A stretch of DNA of 47,853 nt, taken from contig CAZUNU010000003.1 of NCBI GenBank assembly GCA_964622105.1, positions 1-47,853 of the forward strand. Direction: 5' to 3'. The translations under genes and the position numbers were made by a program. The notes under the pieces were generated by a model, which had not been told where the DNA came from, made no database searches, and saw nothing but the letters and a program-made list of their open reading frames with translations. Of the stretch, positions 18,615-28,430 are shown one piece after another. Source of the stretch: an uncultured Sangeribacter sp. (lineage in GTDB: Bacteria > Bacteroidota > Bacteroidia > Bacteroidales > Muribaculaceae). The stretch's first letter is position 1; every line of letters begins with the position of its first letter.

Positions 18615-21158
18615 TCAGTTCCTCAGGATTCCTGAAGAAGAGGAATTGCTTGTGTTGAGTTCACCTACATCGCGGAGTTTCTTACCATAATTGAAAGTAT
18701 ATGTCACCGCAATGCTTAAATTTGCGTGCCTGAAAATGTCGTATGCCAAGAAGGAGCGGTCGTAATACTCTGACGTGAAATATTGTTTATGGCTATTCCA
18801 ATTCCAACGGGCAAAATCCTTGGCCGTTACTCTTACATTCCAGTTCTTGTTAGCCCATCCTGCTACCAGATAGTAGTTGCACTTATCCTTATATAGATCG
18901 CCAACCATGAAGCCATCACTATAAGTCAGGGGTCCGGAATAAGAGGCATTGAAATAGAAATCCCGTAGCCAATATGAGGCTCTGAAGGTATATCCGAATG
19001 AGGAACGGGTGTAACCATACGGTTTCCCGTTGCGTGCTGTGTAATCAGAGAGGGTTCCACTTAGCATGAGAGAGCGGTTGAAAAGGTAGACTCTACTTGA
19101 TACACCGTATCTTATGATATAATAGGATCCCAAAGGCTGGCTGATATATCTGATCATTCTGTTGCCGTCAGGCTTATAGTCGTAGACAAACCTGTCAAAC
19201 AGATTCCATATATTACCAAATATCTGAATGTATCCTTGTCTTGATGGAATCCAGCTGTAGGCCAATGATGCAGATAGATTGGGGCTCGGTTTTAAGTCAG
19301 GATTGCCCGTGTAGCTCATAAGATGGTTTGACTCAATTATCGCTTCGCTCATGTAAGAGGCATTGGGGGCCCAGGAAGAGTATTCGAAGCTTGCGTTAAA
19401 CCGATGTTTCTTTCTGAGAAGATAAGAAAGGGAGAGCTCGGCAAGGGGAGTATTTGTAGTTGAGGTTAATCCATTGAAACGATTAATATCCCAAATCCAT
19501 CCGAAATCCATCTCACCATAGAACCCTCCGGAGGTGAGCGAATACGTCAAACCGGCCTTATAACGTTGATCCTTAGTCTTGTCATAATTATCAGCGCTGC
19601 CGGAGTAGCGTGTGCGGTGATTATCATATTGGCCCGAAAAGTAGGCTGTGAGTGAGCCGGCTTTATTGAAGTTTCTGTTTAAATTCAAGTAACCGGATAG
19701 CTTGCTTGTGTGATCATCAGCATTATTTATGACAGGTTGGAATGAATTCTGCGTATAAATGCTATTTTGTTCAGTATATGATAAGATATAAGTAGGAGTA
19801 AAAGTGAGTGAAAACTCTCGCGGTAGCTTAAAGAAATATGAACCGTTGAAATTAAAAAACTTCTCTTTCTTACTGGCGTCAGAAGTGAAAGAGGAATTAG
19901 GAAAATCCTCCGGTATATAGGTCACATCTCCTTCTTGCCGTGAAATGGGTTTATCAGTGATACCTCCGGATATTGTAGTACGGGCAGTAATATCAGTCGA
20001 ACTGTAAGTTGCCTTGAAACTCAATCTTCCGGATTCCTGTTTCTCCCTCGAGCTTGTGGTATTTGAAAGGCGCTCTATGGTCTTCAAAGAGCCATCCGCT
20101 TGGGGGAACCGATAAGTTTCAGTCGTTTTAGTGCCATTATGGTAGAAGTCGTTATGCTGACCGTAAGCTGCGAGATCATATGTCATGCTTTTGTATTGGA
20201 AACGTACGTTGCCCGTAGCCTCCGGGTCATCTATATTCAGGCTATCATATGCACCAATTTTTACGTAACCTCCATAAATGTATTTCTCCATTATGAAATT
20301 TATCACGTATTTCTCTCCCATAAATCTTGGATCAGTAGGAGCCTCAAGATATTCCACCCGTTTTACGTCCTGCATATTCATGTTTTTAAGATCCTGACCG
20401 TCTGCCGCAAGAAAATCAATGAATAATTTCACAGGTTTTCCGGTGAGAGTTTCAAGAGAGCCGGTATTGGAAAGTTGTATTTGTGGAATACCCATCTGCT
20501 CCAAAAGTTCAATACCGCTCATAGATGTGTTTTTCTGTCGCTGGAGAGGCACAAAGATTGTACGGTCGGGTTCCATACGCACATTATCTGCCAAAACGTT
20601 GACGTTGTTAAGGTCGATGACGTTAGTGTTGATACGCAGGTTGCCTAAATCCGGGTCAGTAAAATTCATGATTCTTGTTTTGTAGCCTGTGGAGCTTATT
20701 TTGGCAACGACAGGATTACGGTCGCAGGGAATTCGGAAAGCCCCTTCCTTATCAGTAATGGCATATGTCAAGACAACAGAATCCTTTGGATTGAGGAGTA
20801 GTATTGTAGCGTGAGCGACAGGCTCGTCATATTCATTTATTAAAACGCCGGAGTAGCGGTATTTACCTTTCTGTAAAGCTTCAATAAGAATATTGCCTTT
20901 TTTCTCACTCATTGTGATAGGATTCCTTGCTATAATCTCTTTGAGGGCTTCCTTCAAATTATCAGTTGAGACAGTGGCTGATGTCTTGTAGTCTTCAAGT
21001 TCATTGTAGATGAACGTGATTTTAGCATCAGGATTATCCTTTATTATTTTGGTCAGAGCTTGGGCTACAGGAGTATCCTTGAATTTATAGTCATATCGGG
21101 CTGCAACGGCAGACAAAGTGAAGGCTACCATCGCAAATATCATGGAAAAGCGTTTCAT
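18615..21158 (-). CDS. Outer-membrane beta-barrel (TonB-dependent-like) protein with N-terminal STN-like signalling and carboxypeptidase-regulatory-like domains
   Basis: Signal peptide; STN-like segment (FKDTPVAQAL...LKEALKEI); TDKEGAFRI; plug-like LLEQMGIP...VKRVEY...INF; aromatic-rich alternating strands ending VTYTFNYGK. Confidence 0.75.
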   Translation of the reverse strand: MKRFSMIFAMVAFTLSAVAARYDYKFKDTPVAQALTKIIKDNPDAKITFIYNELEDYKTSATVSTDNLKEALKEIIARNPITMSEKKGNILIEALQKGKYRYSGVLINEYDEPVAHATILLLNPKDSVVLTYAITDKEGAFRIPCDRNPVVAKISSTGYKTRIMNFTDPDLGNLRINTNVIDLNNVNVLADNVRMEPDRTIFVPLQRQKNTSMSGIELLEQMGIPQIQLSNTGSLETLTGKPVKLFIDFLAADGQDLKNMNMQDVKRVEYLEAPTDPRFMGEKYVINFIMEKYIYGGYVKIGAYDSLNIDDPEATGNVRFQYKSMTYDLAAYGQHNDFYHNGTKTTETYRFPQADGSLKTIERLSNTTSSREKQESGRLSFKATYSSTDITARTTISGGITDKPISRQEGDVTYIPEDFPNSSFTSDASKKEKFFNFNGSYFFKLPREFSLTFTPTYILSYTEQNSIYTQNSFQPVINNADDHTSKLSGYLNLNRNFNKAGSLTAYFSGQYDNHRTRYSGSADNYDKTKDQRYKAGLTYSLTSGGFYGEMDFGWIWDINRFNGLTSTTNTPLAELSLSYLLRKKHRFNASFEYSSWAPNASYMSEAIIESNHLMSYTGNPDLKPSPNLSASLAYSWIPSRQGYIQIFGNIWNLFDRFVYDYKPDGNRMIRYISQPLGSYYIIRYGVSSRVYLFNRSLMLSGTLSDYTARNGKPYGYTRSSFGYTFRASYWLRDFYFNASYSGPLTYSDGFMVGDLYKDKCNYYLVAGWANKNWNVRVTAKDFARWNWNSHKQYFTSEYYDRSFLAYDIFRHANLSIAVTYTFNYGKKLRDVGELNTSNSSSSGILRN

Positions 21159-21159
21159 A

Positions 21160-21792
21160 TCAATAGTCAGTTATAGTATCTTCTTTAAGGAAGAGATTAA
21201 TTCGGTCGAAAGAATTCAATTGTTCAATAAGGTCTGTTAGATCAGTTCTTGAATCCCACTTCAAGAACAGACGCACTTCCTTTGATTGAGGATTCTTCAG
21301 ATCTACCTTAACATTATAATATGGAGACGCCTCCTGAAGAATGTTGTAAAGCGTTTCGTTCTCAAACACTATGATAGTGTCGTTCCGTGTGGCCGACTGC
21401 ATACTTTTATCCTCTAAGTTCAGGTGATTGGTGATTGGAGCTGTTTGTGTAGCAGCTATCTCATTCTTCTTAATATGCTGATTAGATAAAGACACACCAA
21501 CCACAATAATTGAGCAAGATGCAATGATCAGACCTACGACTGCTGCAATTTTCCTATTGCCGAGCCATGAAAAGAGTGATCTTTTACGATGCCTGTTCTC
21601 AAATAACTCCCATTGCTTTGCGATCTCCTCATTATTCAGGTCTGAGTCTTTAATGAAAGATCCGGCGCGTGAAGCACACATCATCCGGTAAAGTTCCCTA
21701 TTTTCCGGATCTGCCAAAAGAGCCTGAAGTTCCGATTCCGAAAATTGATTGGGATGCTCAACGGCTTCAATAAGTTTATCAAGATTGTCCAT
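21160..21792 (-). CDS. Anti-sigma factor, FecR-like (single TM plus C-terminal DUF4974-like domain)
   Basis: W-containing N-terminal helix, TM segment IAAVVGLIIASCSIIVVGV, C-terminal IVFENETLYNIL...YNVKV; sits between the sigma and the barrel genes. Confidence 0.8.
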   Translation of the reverse strand: MDNLDKLIEAVEHPNQFSESELQALLADPENRELYRMMCASRAGSFIKDSDLNNEEIAKQWELFENRHRKRSLFSWLGNRKIAAVVGLIIASCSIIVVGVSLSNQHIKKNEIAATQTAPITNHLNLEDKSMQSATRNDTIIVFENETLYNILQEASPYYNVKVDLKNPQSKEVRLFLKWDSRTDLTDLIEQLNSFDRINLFLKEDTITDY

Positions 21793-22267
21793 TCAGTTTG
21801 GTTTTAATAATATTTAATGCATGACGCAGATGTTTGTATATAACCCTCTCTCCCGTACCAAGGATCTGTGAGATTTCAGCAGCCGATTTGCCATCCTGGT
21901 ATCTGAGTTGATACACTTCGCGACATTTGGCCGGCATTTCGCTTATACATTGTCGGATAAGTTCAATAGTTTCCTTATCCGGCCAATCTTCAAATGACTC
22001 GATCTCATTATTTTCAAGTAAATAAAGCTTGCGAAACTTCTCGCGGATGTCAAGTGCTTTCAACCGGTTAAGACAACGGTTTCTAACACTCACCATAAGA
22101 TAGCCCGGATCCGGTTTTTTATCCGGGGGATCATTCAGGATTGTGGCAAACACGTCGTGCACTATATCGTGAGCCGCTTCCCGGTCATGGAGCATCGCAG
22201 ACGCAAGAGAATGCATCTGCCGATAATTCATTTTGAAGAGGGTCTCTATGTCTTTTCTGTCGTTCAT
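21779..22267 (-). CDS. ECF sigma-70 factor
   Basis: Region 2 (AHDIVHDVF, YLMVSVRNRCLN) and region 4 (MPAKCREVYQLRY...EISQILG). Confidence 0.92.
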   Translation of the reverse strand: MNDRKDIETLFKMNYRQMHSLASAMLHDREAAHDIVHDVFATILNDPPDKKPDPGYLMVSVRNRCLNRLKALDIREKFRKLYLLENNEIESFEDWPDKETIELIRQCISEMPAKCREVYQLRYQDGKSAAEISQILGTGERVIYKHLRHALNIIKTKLNGQS

Positions 22268-22369
22268 ACATTATTAAAGACAATCAGGAATAAGAATTTT
22301 GCACCTTCCTGCCAAAATTTTTTTTAATTTTGGGTTGAGTTTTATGGAGTTCATGTGTCCAAGTAACGT

Positions 22370-22858
22370 ATGCACAACAAAAATGACATAGAGAAGCTTT
22401 TTAAATCTAACTTCAGTCGGATGTTAAGAGTGGCGGTTGCGATACTTCATGATGAAGATATAGCACGTGACATCATACATGGAATTTTCGCCTCCTTAAT
22501 GGAGTCTACTGATCTCTCGCTGATATCTACAGGTTACCTTGTGACAACCACGAAAAACCGGTGCCTTAATCATATCCGTGATCTTGGCCTTAGGCAAAGG
22601 ATACTGAATAGGATATTCATTGAAAACGAAGATTATGAACGGGAGGAATGGCCTGATGAAGAGACGATAAACCATATTAATGAGATAATTCAGGATCAGC
22701 TGAGCGAACAGTCGAGAAAGATTATTGAGTTGAGATTTGAAAAAGGAATGAAATTCTCTGAGATAGCTACGGTGATGGGTATCAGCGAGACGGCTGTCTA
22801 TCGTCATTTAAGCAACGGACTAAACACACTTCGAAAAAACTTAAATAAATATGAATAA
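22370..22858 (+). CDS. ECF sigma-70 factor (divergent paralogue)
   Basis: ARDIIHGIF, KNRCLN, LSEQSRKIIELRF...EIATVMGIS; shares EDWPDKET/EEWPDEET with the left copy. Confidence 0.92.
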   Translation: MHNKNDIEKLFKSNFSRMLRVAVAILHDEDIARDIIHGIFASLMESTDLSLISTGYLVTTTKNRCLNHIRDLGLRQRILNRIFIENEDYEREEWPDEETINHINEIIQDQLSEQSRKIIELRFEKGMKFSEIATVMGISETAVYRHLSNGLNTLRKNLNKYE

Positions 22859-23567
22859 TTTCGACAAAATTCTTGAATTCTTAGATCATCCGGACAATTA
22901 TGGTGAAGAAGAGATATCCGAACTCCTTTCTGACAAGGAAACCAGGTCTCTTTATCACCTTCTGTGTGAGACTGAGTCAACTGTTAAGTTGAAGGAGGTG
23001 AAGGATATTGAAAGTGAATGGATGAAATTTGCCTCATCTCAGGCGATGGTTAATAATAACCCGGAGGATTGCAATTTAATATCTCATAAAAAACAGGAGA
23101 ATACCCCTGCCAAAGGCTTTAAAGCTTCAGCTTTCCATTTCTTTATTACAAAAAGAAAAGCTGCTTCAGTAATTATTGTTTTTGTTATTTCTATAGCTGC
23201 AGTTGCAGCAGGAATCGGAATTTCAAGAATAAAAAAGAATAAATCTGATATTCATACAGCTGTCACTCTCCCTTCTACTGTGGCTCCAACTGAAAGAATT
23301 TCGAAAGATGGAGTTGTGAATTTGGCAGACAGTATTAAACAAGAGGGGAAAGTATTGACATTTGAGAATGAGAGCCTGAAAGCTATCCTTAAAAAAATTG
23401 AAGAGCTTTATGAAGTCAATGTGATTGTAAATAATGAGGAGGCTGCAACTCTTAAGTTGTATTATAAACTTGATACTTCTCTTCCCCTGCGGGAGATAAT
23501 AGATCGGCTTAATACTTTTGAGCAAATCAATATCAGGTATGAGGATAACACCCTAACAATTGATTGA
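22851..23567 (+). CDS. Anti-sigma factor, FecR-like (single TM plus DUF4974-like domain)
   Basis: TM segment, LTFENESLKAIL...YEVNV; paralogous to 21160-21792. Confidence 0.8.
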   Translation: MNNFDKILEFLDHPDNYGEEEISELLSDKETRSLYHLLCETESTVKLKEVKDIESEWMKFASSQAMVNNNPEDCNLISHKKQENTPAKGFKASAFHFFITKRKAASVIIVFVISIAAVAAGIGISRIKKNKSDIHTAVTLPSTVAPTERISKDGVVNLADSIKQEGKVLTFENESLKAILKKIEELYEVNVIVNNEEAATLKLYYKLDTSLPLREIIDRLNTFEQINIRYEDNTLTID

Positions 23568-23569
23568 AG

Positions 23570-26116
23570 ATGAAAGCCATAGTCTATTTTTTGTTGGTTG
23601 TGATATTTTCAATTACGGTCAATGCCACTAAGTTTACCTATTCATTTTCTCACACTCCTTTATCGGAAGCGTTAGTAAAAATAGGTAAGGATCATCCTGA
23701 TTTGACTCTTTCATTTATATATAAGGATTTAGATAACTATAAAACTTCAGCCAAAATTGATACTGAAGATGCGTATGAAGCTTTACGCAAGACTATTGGA
23801 TTAAATCCTGTAACAATAGTAAGTAAAAATGGCGAATTTTTCATAGAAGCTCTTCAACATGGAAAATTCCATTATACGGGACGCGTCTTAAGTCAGGTTA
23901 ACGAGGGAGTAGAGGCAGCTACTGTAATGCTTTTGACTCCGTCTGACTCTACGGTCATCACTTATGGTTTTACAGACGGAGAAGGTAGATTCTCTATTCC
24001 TTGCGACCGTACAGAAGTGATAGCAAAGTTTTCGTGTCTTGGCTATAAACCCTTGTATAAGAAGTTTGAAAATTTCAACATGGGAACTATCTATATGGTT
24101 GAGCTTCCGGTAAAATTGAAAAACATTGATGTGAATGCCGACGATGCTATATCATTGGCTGATAAAAATATCTATCTGCCCACGAAGCAACAAAAGAATG
24201 CGGCGCAGACTGCAACCGATCTTTTGGCGAGAATGTCGATTCCTCAACTTGATGTAAGATTGGGCTCATCATCTATAACGACGGCGGGGGGAGAGGCGGT
24301 AGGTATTTTTATTGATTACATACCTGCTACTTCCGATGATCTGAAGATGATGAAAATGTCAGATGTAAAGACCGTGGAATATCTTGATTATCCGTCTGAT
24401 CCCAGATTCGGTGGAAAAAGGCATGTGATCAACTTCCGGTTGGTTAAATATGAGTATGGCGGCTATTTTAAAGCTCTCGGGAATGAAGATTTTATTATAA
24501 ATTCGGGTTATCTTCAAGCTAATGCCAGACTTTCGCATGGAAAGATGACTTACGACATAATGGGCTACGGTTACTATATCGATAACGATCATTTTGGAAC
24601 CGAGCAGACAGAAACTTTTCATCTGCCTCAGGAGGACGGGAGCCCAAAAGTTTTTGATCGGTCTACCTCAACAGAGCACTCCGAATACAGAAGCCAATCA
24701 TATATTGCGAGTTTCAGGGCATTATATAATAGTAATAAAATCACTGCTAATAACCAGCTCTATGGTGGACAGGATAATACTCCTGCCAATTCAAAGGAAG
24801 GTTCGGTCGTTTATAGTTATGCTCCTACAGATCGAGAAAAATATGCTTCGGCATCGAGCGTAAAAGAAAAGTATTTGAGATATAACGGTTACTATTTCTT
24901 CATTCTACCGAAGAATAACACTCTGAGTGCCGATTTAAGCTATCTATATTCCAAAACTTCCCAAAAATCGAATTATGCAGAAGTTGAAATGAAAGACATA
25001 TGGAATGACGCACGAGACAGATCACACAATTTCAATCTGTCGGTAAATTACAACCATGTGTTTTCTGAGAGCCATTCGATATATGCTTTAGGCAGGGCGT
25101 TGTATGAGCATAATGATACCCGTTATTCAGGCTCTGTAAATACTTCAGATATATCCATCACTAAATATGGGCAGTTGGGCATCGGATATAATTACTCAGG
25201 TTCGAAATTTTCCGGTTCGGTCGATGGCGGTTGGAGCTGGACAGCCACAACCTTAAATAGCCTCACTTCCTTTTCCCAAAGCCCATATTTTGATGCATCC
25301 CTGTCATACAGATTCAACAAAAAGAATTCGATAGGGAGCGAATTTCATTATTCCGTTTGGCCTCCGTCTTCAAATTATAAGAGTGAAAACGTGATTCATG
25401 TCTCCCCCTATCTTTGGTATACCGGAAATCCGGTTATCAAATCCCGTAAGAGCTACGATTTTTCCATATATTATACCTGGATACTTTCCCCAAAGTTCAG
25501 GATGACATTGATAGGAAGCTCATGGCGTGTGGGTAATAGACCGGCCTTCGTGTATGAAGCCACACCACAAGGAATAATCCGAACTATCAGGCAACCGATA
25601 GGTTCATTCGGCCATTACGATTACGGCGCAAGAGTTACATCAAAATTAATTAATGGGAAACTCCAGCTTTCAGGAAAGGTAGGACAACTTATTGTAAAAA
25701 ATGGTGCTCCATATAATATCACGCGCTCTCAAATAAGCTTTTATCTACAGGCGTTTTATTATTTAGGTAATTTCAACTTCGCTGCAATTTACCAATCTGC
25801 AAGCGCCACAGATAATTATGACTGCATGTCGGGGGTATGGTCAAAGCTTAATGATACATTCATCTTGCAAGCCGGGTGGAGCAACGGCATATGGAATGTC
25901 AGGCTCAGTGCCCAGAACCTCCAGCGATGGAATTGGCGCGCATCCTACGATGAGATGGAGAGTGAATACTATTCCTTCAGACGATGGACAAGCAATGCAT
26001 CAAGTCATGCCCTCATCAGATTGTCAGCAACCTATACCTTCGGATATGGTAAGAAAGTGAAGCGTAATGATGAGCTCACCCGTCAGGGCGGTGCCTCATC
26101 CGGAATCCTGAAATGA
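23570..26116 (+). CDS. Outer-membrane beta-barrel protein with N-terminal STN-like domain (paralogue of 18615-21158)
   Basis: ATG at 23570; signal peptide; shares YKTSA, IEALQxGK, FxIPCDR, YxYGGY, YTGNP, SSGILK/R with the left copy. Confidence 0.75.
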   Translation: MKAIVYFLLVVIFSITVNATKFTYSFSHTPLSEALVKIGKDHPDLTLSFIYKDLDNYKTSAKIDTEDAYEALRKTIGLNPVTIVSKNGEFFIEALQHGKFHYTGRVLSQVNEGVEAATVMLLTPSDSTVITYGFTDGEGRFSIPCDRTEVIAKFSCLGYKPLYKKFENFNMGTIYMVELPVKLKNIDVNADDAISLADKNIYLPTKQQKNAAQTATDLLARMSIPQLDVRLGSSSITTAGGEAVGIFIDYIPATSDDLKMMKMSDVKTVEYLDYPSDPRFGGKRHVINFRLVKYEYGGYFKALGNEDFIINSGYLQANARLSHGKMTYDIMGYGYYIDNDHFGTEQTETFHLPQEDGSPKVFDRSTSTEHSEYRSQSYIASFRALYNSNKITANNQLYGGQDNTPANSKEGSVVYSYAPTDREKYASASSVKEKYLRYNGYYFFILPKNNTLSADLSYLYSKTSQKSNYAEVEMKDIWNDARDRSHNFNLSVNYNHVFSESHSIYALGRALYEHNDTRYSGSVNTSDISITKYGQLGIGYNYSGSKFSGSVDGGWSWTATTLNSLTSFSQSPYFDASLSYRFNKKNSIGSEFHYSVWPPSSNYKSENVIHVSPYLWYTGNPVIKSRKSYDFSIYYTWILSPKFRMTLIGSSWRVGNRPAFVYEATPQGIIRTIRQPIGSFGHYDYGARVTSKLINGKLQLSGKVGQLIVKNGAPYNITRSQISFYLQAFYYLGNFNFAAIYQSASATDNYDCMSGVWSKLNDTFILQAGWSNGIWNVRLSAQNLQRWNWRASYDEMESEYYSFRRWTSNASSHALIRLSATYTFGYGKKVKRNDELTRQGGASSGILK

Positions 26117-26135
26117 ATTCCGGAATGAGTCTTTC

Positions 26136-26753
26136 TTATCTTACTTTTTTGCCGAAATAGTAGGTATTCCAGGTGTCTTGAGCGTAACCGTCTCTAAGCA
26201 CCTGGAAGCTGCCCGGCATGGCTCCATTAATTTTTACACCATCAAAATAGACGTTCCACGTGTCTTTTGCATAACCATCGCGTAATACCTGGAAACTGCT
26301 TGGAGTGGCACCGTTGATTTTCTTACCATCGTAGTAGACGTTCCACGTGTCTTTGGCGTACCAGTCGGGTAGTAATGTGAAGCTGCTTGGAGTTGCACCG
26401 TTTATCTTGACACCATTATAGTAGACGTTCCAGGTGTCTTTAGCGTAGCCGAAGCCGAGTACGTTGAATGAGTTACTGGTGGCTCCATTGATTTTCTGCC
26501 CCCAATAATATACGTTCCAAACGTCTTTGGCATATCCATCTTTCAATATCTGGAAACTTGAAGGAGAAGCTCCTTTGATGGCTTTCCCTTCGAACAAGAC
26601 AGCATTGTCAGTAACAAAATAAGGAGACCTGCGATGACGTTCAGTCTGTTCATACGCTTCATGTCCTCTATGATTTTCGTGGTGCTTCTGAGCATATACA
26701 GAGGGAGAGATAAGCGAAGCAATGGAGATAATTAAATAAAATACCTTTTTCAT
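26136..26753 (-). CDS. Secreted DKNYY-type repeat protein
   Basis: Signal peptide, then tandem 29-aa repeats GYAKDTWNVYYxGxKINGATPSSFxxLxD. Confidence 0.75.
   Translation of the reverse strand: MKKVFYLIISIASLISPSVYAQKHHENHRGHEAYEQTERHRRSPYFVTDNAVLFEGKAIKGASPSSFQILKDGYAKDVWNVYYWGQKINGATSNSFNVLGFGYAKDTWNVYYNGVKINGATPSSFTLLPDWYAKDTWNVYYDGKKINGATPSSFQVLRDGYAKDTWNVYFDGVKINGAMPGSFQVLRDGYAQDTWNTYYFGKKVR
26150..26595 (-). repeat. About five copies of an 87-bp coding tandem repeat
   Basis: Recurring ACGTTCCAxGTGTCTTT at 87-nt spacing, matching the 29-aa unit. Confidence 0.85.
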
Positions 26754-26849
26754 AACCTTTTTTATTTAATTGACTATTTGCTCGCTCCAATGGTTTAATT
26801 GCAGAAAAAATTTATGATAAGCCGGTAGACTGGCGAATCATCGCTTGCC

Positions 26850-27167
26850 TCAGAAGTCTAATTCAGGATACCATCTGTGGAGGGAGAGATCGACATTGCC
26901 ATTGCTACGGAACGTGACACCCTCTTGGCTAAGCCGTGCTGTCTGGGAGAGCCAATGGGGAGCCGGGCGTCCCGAGGCATTTACAACCCGGTGACAGGGG
27001 ATGGGAGAATCCATACCGATCGCTCCGAGTATCTTGCCGACGAGCCTGGAGTGGGAGGGCGCTCCGGCAAGCGCGGCTACATCACCATAAGTGGCCACCT
27101 TCCCTTCCGGGATGGCGGCCACAATCTCTCTCACTGCTTTGGCAAATTCAACAGTGTTGACTTTCAT
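26850..27167 (-). CDS. MGMT family O6-alkylguanine DNA-binding/alkyltransferase domain protein
   Basis: IPEGKVATYGDVA, RLVG, PCHRVVN. Confidence 0.88.
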   Translation of the reverse strand: MKVNTVEFAKAVREIVAAIPEGKVATYGDVAALAGAPSHSRLVGKILGAIGMDSPIPCHRVVNASGRPAPHWLSQTARLSQEGVTFRSNGNVDLSLHRWYPELDF

Positions 27168-27173
27168 GTGATT

Positions 27174-28175
27174 TCAATCGATTTTTACCAAGTTATAAAT
27201 CTTGGAACCGAGACCAAGTTTCTGTGCGTAGTCAATGATATGGGTGCCATGGCGGCTGTTGATACGCTCCTGAAGGGCTGCTGCATCATCGCCATCTTTT
27301 GAATCGTAATTGAACACAAGGTCAAGACAAGCTTGATCAAGAGCTACAGGATCAAGAGAGGCCAATATGCCGATATCCTTCATTTCGGGATCATGAGGAT
27401 GGCCATCGCAGTCACAATCAACAGACAGGTTGTTCATCACATCAATGTAAAGCACATTCCCTTTGAAGTATTCATGCACTGACTGAGCTGCAGCTGCCAT
27501 GGATTCAATGAATGCATCCTGACCGTGAGGATTCTTGAATGCATCTTTCACTGTGTCGTGAGCTCCGGCAGTATGAATATAAGCTTTTCCATCGCTTGAA
27601 GCGATACCGATGCTCTGGTTCTTCAGCACGCCTCCGAATCCGCCCATGGCATGACCTTTGAAATGAGCGAGATTCACGAGATAATCATAATTGGCGAGAT
27701 GAGCACCCACTATGTTATGTTTGATCCAGGTGGTGTCTTGAACAGGGATATTGATAGAACCCTCGCTGTCCATGATATCCACTGCAGCTATCTTATCGTA
27801 TCCTCTTTCTTTTACAGCTTTAAGATGGTTTTCAGTAGTGCTACGGTTGCCGCCGTAAGCTGTATTACACTCGACCAGCGTACCTTTCACCTCATTGACG
27901 AGATCCTTGATTAATTCCGGGCTTAGCTGGTTGCTTTGCGAAGATTCACCGGTACTGATCTTGACAGCTACCTTTCCGGATGGTGTTACTCCTAAAGCTT
28001 TATACACCTTAAGCAAAGCTTCGGGGGTGATATCTTTGATAAAATAAACTTTAGGTAATGTATTCTCATTCTCTATTGCCACTGAAGAAGAATCCTCAGT
28101 CGTTTTGGAGGTATTGCCCGCGCATGCTCCTAAAGATAGAAGCAGACAAGAGGCGGCAAGAAATAATTTCTTCAT
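27174..28175 (-). CDS. DUF362 family protein with lipoprotein signal
   Basis: LSLGAC lipobox; VAVKISTGE, ECNTAYGG, HFKGHAMGGFGGVLKN, DCDC, DPVALDQAC. Confidence 0.8.
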   Translation of the reverse strand: MKKLFLAASCLLLSLGACAGNTSKTTEDSSSVAIENENTLPKVYFIKDITPEALLKVYKALGVTPSGKVAVKISTGESSQSNQLSPELIKDLVNEVKGTLVECNTAYGGNRSTTENHLKAVKERGYDKIAAVDIMDSEGSINIPVQDTTWIKHNIVGAHLANYDYLVNLAHFKGHAMGGFGGVLKNQSIGIASSDGKAYIHTAGAHDTVKDAFKNPHGQDAFIESMAAAAQSVHEYFKGNVLYIDVMNNLSVDCDCDGHPHDPEMKDIGILASLDPVALDQACLDLVFNYDSKDGDDAAALQERINSRHGTHIIDYAQKLGLGSKIYNLVKID

Positions 28176-28226
28176 ATTATTTAGATTAGTGTTGATTTAC
28201 TTTTTTGATTTGAAATGAAGATACAG

Positions 28227-28283
28227 CAAAGTTAATGCTTAATTATTAATCGGCTGTTACCCATATTACCTTTATTATTACCA
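28227..28283 (-). promoter_or_regulatory. -7 promoter element plus upstream TTACC direct repeats
   Basis: Minus strand TAACTTTG at 28227-28234; three TTACC units about 11 nt apart (GTTACCCATATTACCTTTATTATTACC). Confidence 0.45.
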
Positions 28284-28430
28284 TTTTTTCTGGTTATGGC
28301 ATAAGATAATAAGTTTGAGTGATTTCGAAAGCAGTAGGTTAAACAATAACTTATCATAGTAGGTTAGAAAGAAAGAGGGAAATAAAACTTCCTTCAGTTA
28401 TTCTTTAACGCTTTATCATATAAAAATATT

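Noticed and set aside
26150-26595. Regular repeats resembling a CRISPR array
   Set aside because: They are in-frame 87-bp coding repeats with synonymous variation, no unique spacers and no cas genes.
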